Below are positions 58,853 to 64,000 of a stretch of DNA of 64,000 nt, piece after piece. How positions within the stretch are numbered: position 1 is the first letter of the stretch; every line of letters begins with the position of its first letter. The notes under the pieces were generated by a model. The model did not search any database. It was not told where the DNA came from and saw only the letters and a list, made by a program, of their open reading frames with translations. The translations under genes were made by a program, and so were the position numbers. The stretch covers positions 7,744,001-7,808,000 of the forward strand of contig OZ244207.1 in NCBI GenBank assembly GCA_965216875.1, in the 5' to 3' direction. Origin of the DNA: Rubripirellula sp. GTDB lineage: Bacteria > Planctomycetota > Planctomycetia > Pirellulales > Pirellulaceae.

Positions 58853-60163
58853 TCACTCCTTTAGCGAGGCACGCAACAGTTTGTTGTCGTTGCGAATGAA
58901 GATGTGTCCGTTGGCAATCGCGGGGTGCGCCCAACTGACTCCGTTTCTTCTTGCGAGTTGTACCTTGGTCGGATCAAGAAGCTTGGTGCGGGAGAGTTCC
59001 TTGTAGCTTTCTGGATTGAGCTGGGCGTAAATCAAGAATCCCTGATCGTTGAGCATGATTTCTCGATCACCATATTGAATCGTGTGAATCGTCGCCCAGC
59101 GATTGCGTGGGACAGCCGTGCGGTCTTCCCAGATCCGGTCTCCCGTCTTGAGGTCAAGGCAACGCAGTTCGCCATAACTGTCGACGCCGTAGATATGGTC
59201 GCCCTTGATCAGCGGTGTGCTGATCATGCAGTGCAAAGCGTCGGTGTTCCGTTCATCGACGCCAACACGTCGCCAAAGTTGACGTGCTTGCGGGCGATCT
59301 GGGTCAAACTCGACCAACATCGAGCCATCGTAGAAAGACGACACGAAGATCAGATTGTTTTTGACCACGGGCGTCGCGACGCCAATCGGCATGTTCTTGG
59401 AATTCATCGGAATGCGCCAAAGGACATCGCCCGATTCAGGATGAAGTCCGGAGACGCTTTCGCCCGTCCAGCAAACCACGACATCTTGATCACCCTGGCG
59501 AATCATCACTGGCGCAGCGTAGCCGGCCAGCTCATTAAGGGATCGCCATCGGTGCAGGCCGGTTTTGCGGTCCATGGCAACGACGCAAGCACCATTGCGC
59601 CCGCCTGTGATTTGAATCACGAGGTCCTTGTAGACCAGTGGCGAAGCGGTGATGCCCCAAACCGGCATCTTGATGTCGTACTTGGTTGCAAGATCATGAC
59701 TCCACAGGACGTCACCTGATTTTGCGTCGTAGCAATGGAAATGCCCCATCGCGCCAACAGCATAGGCGCGACCATCATGAATAGTGACGGACGCTCGTGG
59801 CCCAGCTCGGTAGCCGATGGTGTACTGCGAATCGTAAGCGTGTTTCCAAACCTCTTGTCCCGTTTCGGCATCGAAGCAAAGGACGCGTTCGATTTGTGAC
59901 TCATCACCACGTGGGCCGCGGTCCATGACATAGACCAATCCGTTGGCGACGGTGGGTCCGGTATAGCCCGAACCGATCGGAACGGTCCAAGTGCGAGGTA
60001 GTTCCCCTTCGGGCAACGAATCCATCAACCCTGTTTCGTTCAAAACAGCATCACGGTTCTTGCCACGCCACTGCGGCCAATCTTCCGCCTGTGCGTGCGA
60101 GGGCGCGACGATGGCCGAGCAGAGTAAAAATGTCAGGCAGAGTAATGACGTTCGAACGATCAT
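58853..60163 (-). CDS. PQQ-like beta-propeller protein
   Basis: EDWPQWRG, C.DA.TG...W repeats, WAHPAIANG..FIR. Confidence 0.9.
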   Translation of the reverse strand: MIVRTSLLCLTFLLCSAIVAPSHAQAEDWPQWRGKNRDAVLNETGLMDSLPEGELPRTWTVPIGSGYTGPTVANGLVYVMDRGPRGDESQIERVLCFDAETGQEVWKHAYDSQYTIGYRAGPRASVTIHDGRAYAVGAMGHFHCYDAKSGDVLWSHDLATKYDIKMPVWGITASPLVYKDLVIQITGGRNGACVVAMDRKTGLHRWRSLNELAGYAAPVMIRQGDQDVVVCWTGESVSGLHPESGDVLWRIPMNSKNMPIGVATPVVKNNLIFVSSFYDGSMLVEFDPDRPQARQLWRRVGVDERNTDALHCMISTPLIKGDHIYGVDSYGELRCLDLKTGDRIWEDRTAVPRNRWATIHTIQYGDREIMLNDQGFLIYAQLNPESYKELSRTKLLDPTKVQLARRNGVSWAHPAIANGHIFIRNDNKLLRASLKE

Positions 60164-60169
60164 CTTCGA

Positions 60170-61525
60170 TCAGGCCTCGGAAGGATGGGTGTAGGGTTTT
60201 CGATAGGGACGTTTCAGCGCGGCAGTCGCCTCGGCGTCACCCACCACGGTGTGAGTCTTTGGGTCAAATTGAAGCGTGCGGCCGAGTTCGACTGCATTGT
60301 TGGCAAGAATGCAGGAGGCACTACTGATGTGGCCTTGTTCGATGTCGGCAATCGGTTTGGAGCGTTTGTCGATCGCGTCGAGGAAGTCGCGCATGTGTCC
60401 CCGAATGGCCGAGGCGACGTGCAGTTCCATGTTCCAGTCTTTCTTGTCACTTTCGTCGGTTGGGAACTTGTCGAGTTCGATGACCGCTTCGCCACTGATT
60501 TTGTTGCCTCCACCTCGTGGGATGAATTCAAAGCGATTCACACTTAGTTTCAGTGTTCCCTTCGTACCGTAAATAAACGCCGCCCAAGGGTATTGTGGAT
60601 CGGGCGCTGATCCCCAACTGCGATGCGTCCATACCACGTTCAGGTCATCAAATTCAAAGGTCGCCGTTTGAGTGTCGCTTGTCGTCGCTTTGGATTCATG
60701 ATCGACCAGGATGCCACCGCTGCTGCTTACGCGGTTGGGCCAGCCCAGATCGAGTTGCCAACGCACCAAGTCCAGCATGTGAACGCACATGTCGCCAACG
60801 ATTCCATTGCTGTATTCCATGAACGCCCGCCAAGATCGGGGGTGAACCAATTCGTTGTACGGCCGCATCGGGGCCGGGCCGGTCCAGGCGTCATAGTCAA
60901 GGTGAGCCGGCGCGGCGGTGTCTGGTGGATTCTTGCGAGAACGCATGTGGTAGTAACAACAGACTTCGGCGTGTGCGATATCACCAAGTAGTCCGGCATC
61001 GACCACCTTTTTCTTAGCGTCGATCAGGTGAGGCGTGCTGCGCCGCTGTGTGCCAACTTGAACGACCGCTTTGTTGCGACGAGCCGCATCGAGCATCGCT
61101 TTGCTTTCGAGCACGTCGACGCCGGTTGGTTTCTGGACGTAGACGTCGGCGCCCGCTTCCACAGCTGCGATCATGGGCAACGCATGCCAATGGTCAGGTG
61201 TATCGACCAAGACGATGTCGAGGTCTTTGTCGGCAAGCATCGCTTTGTAGTCGGCGTAGGTTCGTGGACGCGTTTTCGACTTCTGGCGGCTTGCGAACAG
61301 GTCGGCCGCTTCATTGACCATTTTTGAGTCGACATCGCACAGAGAAACCACTTCAACCGGTTCGATGTTCAATAATTGCAACAAGTCACATTTGCCATAC
61401 CAGCCGCAACCAATCAAGCCAACGCGTCGTGGCTTGTCGACCGGCGAGGCGTGAACGGTTTGGGGAAGGGTTGCAGCAAGCGTGGTCGCGGCAGCAGTGC
61501 CACCCAAAAAACTTCGACGATCCAT
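60170..61525 (-). CDS. Tat-exported Gfo/Idh/MocA oxidoreductase
   Basis: DRRSFL, GLIGCG, TPDHWH, VYVQKP, QVGTQRRS. Confidence 0.93.
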   Translation of the reverse strand: MDRRSFLGGTAAATTLAATLPQTVHASPVDKPRRVGLIGCGWYGKCDLLQLLNIEPVEVVSLCDVDSKMVNEAADLFASRQKSKTRPRTYADYKAMLADKDLDIVLVDTPDHWHALPMIAAVEAGADVYVQKPTGVDVLESKAMLDAARRNKAVVQVGTQRRSTPHLIDAKKKVVDAGLLGDIAHAEVCCYYHMRSRKNPPDTAAPAHLDYDAWTGPAPMRPYNELVHPRSWRAFMEYSNGIVGDMCVHMLDLVRWQLDLGWPNRVSSSGGILVDHESKATTSDTQTATFEFDDLNVVWTHRSWGSAPDPQYPWAAFIYGTKGTLKLSVNRFEFIPRGGGNKISGEAVIELDKFPTDESDKKDWNMELHVASAIRGHMRDFLDAIDKRSKPIADIEQGHISSASCILANNAVELGRTLQFDPKTHTVVGDAEATAALKRPYRKPYTHPSEA

Positions 61526-61673
61526 AGGTCAGACTCGTGATGCGGATAACAGAGAAGGTTAGAAAGCGATTGTCGATGCCCGGCTTCAGCCTAACCTAAT
61601 TGGACGCGTCAAACATCCGTCGGAAAATGGGGCGGAGTTGGCCTTTTCGTCGCACCTTCGTTCACCCGCATTC

Positions 61674-62327
61674 ATGAACACGCCCACCCACATTCTGTTG
61701 TCGGTCGCCGCGCTGTCCCGAGCAAAACTGTCCCGAGCAAAATCGAGCGACGATCAAACCGACGCCGGCGAAGACAACTCGGACGGTCAGCCAAGCGTGA
61801 AGCAGCGAACCTATGTTTGGCCGGCCGTGGCAGGAGCGGTTGTTCCAGACGCCCCGATGTTTCTGTTCTATTTCGTCGAACGGGCGGTGCTTGGCAGCAG
61901 CGAACGCGAGATCTGGTCGACTCGCTATTTCTTGCCAGCGTGGCAGGATTTTTTCGATCTCTTCAATAGCCTGCCCATCGCAGGAGTGGCCTGTTGGGTG
62001 AGCTACCGATTGGGGAAAACGGGTTGGGGCATCTTCTTTGCCTCAATGATGTTGCACATCGTCTGTGACTTGCCGGTCCATCACGATGACGCGCATCGAC
62101 ATCTTTGGCCGCTTACAGACTGGCGCTTCGAAAGCCCGGTGTCGTATTGGGATCCTAACCACTTCGGCATCTACGCTGGTGTCGGCGAGCTCGCGCTCTT
62201 CGTCGTCTGCTATTTCTGGGCGATGCGAAAACACCGCGAGACGTCGACGAGGATCGGACTGACGTTCCTGGCGGTGACCCATCTCGCATTGACATCGATG
62301 TTGGTGATGTATTGGTCGAGTGTGTGA
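61674..62327 (+). CDS. Membrane metal-dependent hydrolase-like protein
   Basis: MNTPTH, GA..PD, FNS, LH..CD...H.DDAHRH; TM segments. Confidence 0.7.
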   Translation: MNTPTHILLSVAALSRAKLSRAKSSDDQTDAGEDNSDGQPSVKQRTYVWPAVAGAVVPDAPMFLFYFVERAVLGSSEREIWSTRYFLPAWQDFFDLFNSLPIAGVACWVSYRLGKTGWGIFFASMMLHIVCDLPVHHDDAHRHLWPLTDWRFESPVSYWDPNHFGIYAGVGELALFVVCYFWAMRKHRETSTRIGLTFLAVTHLALTSMLVMYWSSV

Positions 62328-62340
62328 GGTGCCCGGAAAC

Positions 62341-62706
62341 TCAGGTCTCTTTTGTGATCGAGATTTGCACTGGACCATCGATCCAATCGTACAAGCGTTT
62401 GGCGTTGTCTTCGGCAAGGTGAATGTTTCCCGAAGTCGGGCCGTCGTTGTCGTCGAGATTGTCTGGGCCACAGTGGATGAACAGGCCATGTTCCCAGCCC
62501 AGCAGAATCGCTTGCGAGATGTTGGCGTCGAGTTCGTTGCTGTAAAGTTCCGGGAACTTTTCCTCGCCCTCCGAGCCGCCGTTGGTGACCGACGATGGGT
62601 ACAAGGTCTCGGGGCTTCCAAGGCAGGGCACTTCGCCCGTCCCTTCACACGACAGCGTTCCCGATCCATCTTTTCGAAAGATGATGTTGATTTGACGCGC
62701 TGTCAT
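62341..62706 (-). CDS. Small L,D-transpeptidase-fold protein, degenerate active site
   Basis: GLFIH...TSGNIHL...AKRLYDW resembles IH...SxGCI.L...A..LY.W. Confidence 0.55.
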   Translation of the reverse strand: MTARQINIIFRKDGSGTLSCEGTGEVPCLGSPETLYPSSVTNGGSEGEEKFPELYSNELDANISQAILLGWEHGLFIHCGPDNLDDNDGPTSGNIHLAEDNAKRLYDWIDGPVQISITKET

Positions 62707-62989
62707 AAAAGGGGCCTCGAGGATCGAAGGTGTAGACGACTTGGATGGGGAGTCTGAGAAGACGTCGGCAAAGCGGGCAAGCCGGCGAGGAGGGACGGGA
62801 TGCTCAGAATGATAGCGGCATCGAGCCTTCGGCAGTACCGACCAAGCCCGAGAGCCTCATCCGATTTTGGTCGTTTTTCGTGTGAAGATTCCTTAAACTG
62901 GTACTTGCGCTAGCCCCCTACCCTAAGTCAGTTTGAATGCACGCACCATTGTCGCGTGCATTCATCGAAGTTCACGGCGAGGTGATGAA

Positions 62990-64000
62990 ATGCGAGCCCC
63001 CAAAGCCTCCGCGATTCTTGCACTTTCCATGTTGGTTGCTTTGAACCACGCAAATGGGGAGGAGGGGAACGATCCGACGCCGGCTCAGAAAAGTGAATCC
63101 CGAACGGATCAACGTGCACTGGATAACCAACTTGCGCCGCCGGAGCGCATTCTTGCCGATGGCGAACCGATTGATGTTCCTGGCTTTGCAGCGCCATGGA
63201 TGACCGATGTCGATGGTGACGGACGCGCCGATTTGCTTGTTGGACAAATGGACCACGGAAGATTGAGGATCTATTCCAACACCGGCACGCCCGATCAACC
63301 CACCTTTGACAACTACCGCTTCTTTCGCGCTGGTGGCGTGATTGCGGGTGTGCCAAGCGGGTGCTTGGTTGGCTTCACTCCATGCGTCGTTGACTTCAAT
63401 CGCGACGGCAGAGACGACATTCTTACTGGGTCGTTCTACGGCGCGGCCGTGTTTCGCTTTGATCAAAAACAAGATGGTTCCTACGACGAGGGCCTGGTGT
63501 TGGTCGGCGGCGATGGTGAGGTGAACCTGTCCCCGCGCAAATACAATTCGACCGTCTTTCCATGGGATTGGGATCGCGACGGCGACTATGATTTGTTGGT
63601 CGGTCGCACAGCGGTTCATTTGGTGATCAATGATGGAACCGATGCAGAGCCGGTCTATCGCGAAGCGACCAAGTTACAAGTCAACGGCAATGCCCTTCCG
63701 TCCGGACGTATTGGACCGGTGGTGGCCGATTGGGATGGCGACGGCATCGAGGACTTGTTGATTGGGGTTGGCAAAGATTTGGTTTGGTATCGAAACACAA
63801 CCAAAGTGGGTGAACCCGTTTTCGAAGACAAGCGAGTCCTGATCTCGGGTGAGACGTTTGTTGAACCGCAGATGGATGGATCGGATCGCGACCGTGTCTC
63901 TCCCACTCGAATGATTGCGGGTTACTGTGTTTGTGACTACGACAATGATGGCGATCAAGATCTATTGGTTGGCGACCATTGCCATGTGCGTCGCAAACTC
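62990..64000 (+). CDS. Secreted FG-GAP/VCBS repeat protein (runs off the window)
   Basis: Manual translation is open to the window end; repeats DVDGDGRADLLVG, DFNRDGRDDILTG, DWDRDGDYDLLVG, DWDGDGIEDLLIG, DYDNDGDQDLLVG. Confidence 0.88.
   Translation, partial: MRAPKASAILALSMLVALNHANGEEGNDPTPAQKSESRTDQRALDNQLAPPERILADGEPIDVPGFAAPWMTDVDGDGRADLLVGQMDHGRLRIYSNTGTPDQPTFDNYRFFRAGGVIAGVPSGCLVGFTPCVVDFNRDGRDDILTGSFYGAAVFRFDQKQDGSYDEGLVLVGGDGEVNLSPRKYNSTVFPWDWDRDGDYDLLVGRTAVHLVINDGTDAEPVYREATKLQVNGNALPSGRIGPVVADWDGDGIEDLLIGVGKDLVWYRNTTKVGEPVFEDKRVLISGETFVEPQMDGSDRDRVSPTRMIAGYCVCDYDNDGDQDLLVGDHCHVRRKL

Overview
GC-rich bacterial chromosomal window. Gene content (DUF1559, DUF1552/DUF1592, DUF1598, DUF4159, PVC-type heme protein, TIGR02996, ECF/kinase pair) points to a planctomycete, probably Pirellulaceae. 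It holds about 45 CDSs and three tRNAs (Val-GAC, Leu-CAA, Sec-UCA). Best candidate for an undescribed element: a ~140-nt tRNA-mimicking, Y-RNA-like ncRNA at 4003-4146, with an ECF-type promoter and paired ends but no usable acceptor stem. Other points: a ~180-nt structured RNA upstream of infC; tandem MntR-type operators over the promoter of a DUF1559 pilin-like gene; a small atypical island beside selC with a duplicated 34-bp site; a YqiJ-flotillin-giant AAA+ ATPase operon; a ~260-bp x 3.3 array of covarying REP-like hairpins; and recurrent 15-bp tandem micro-duplications. All calls come from reading motifs by eye; no database searches were run.
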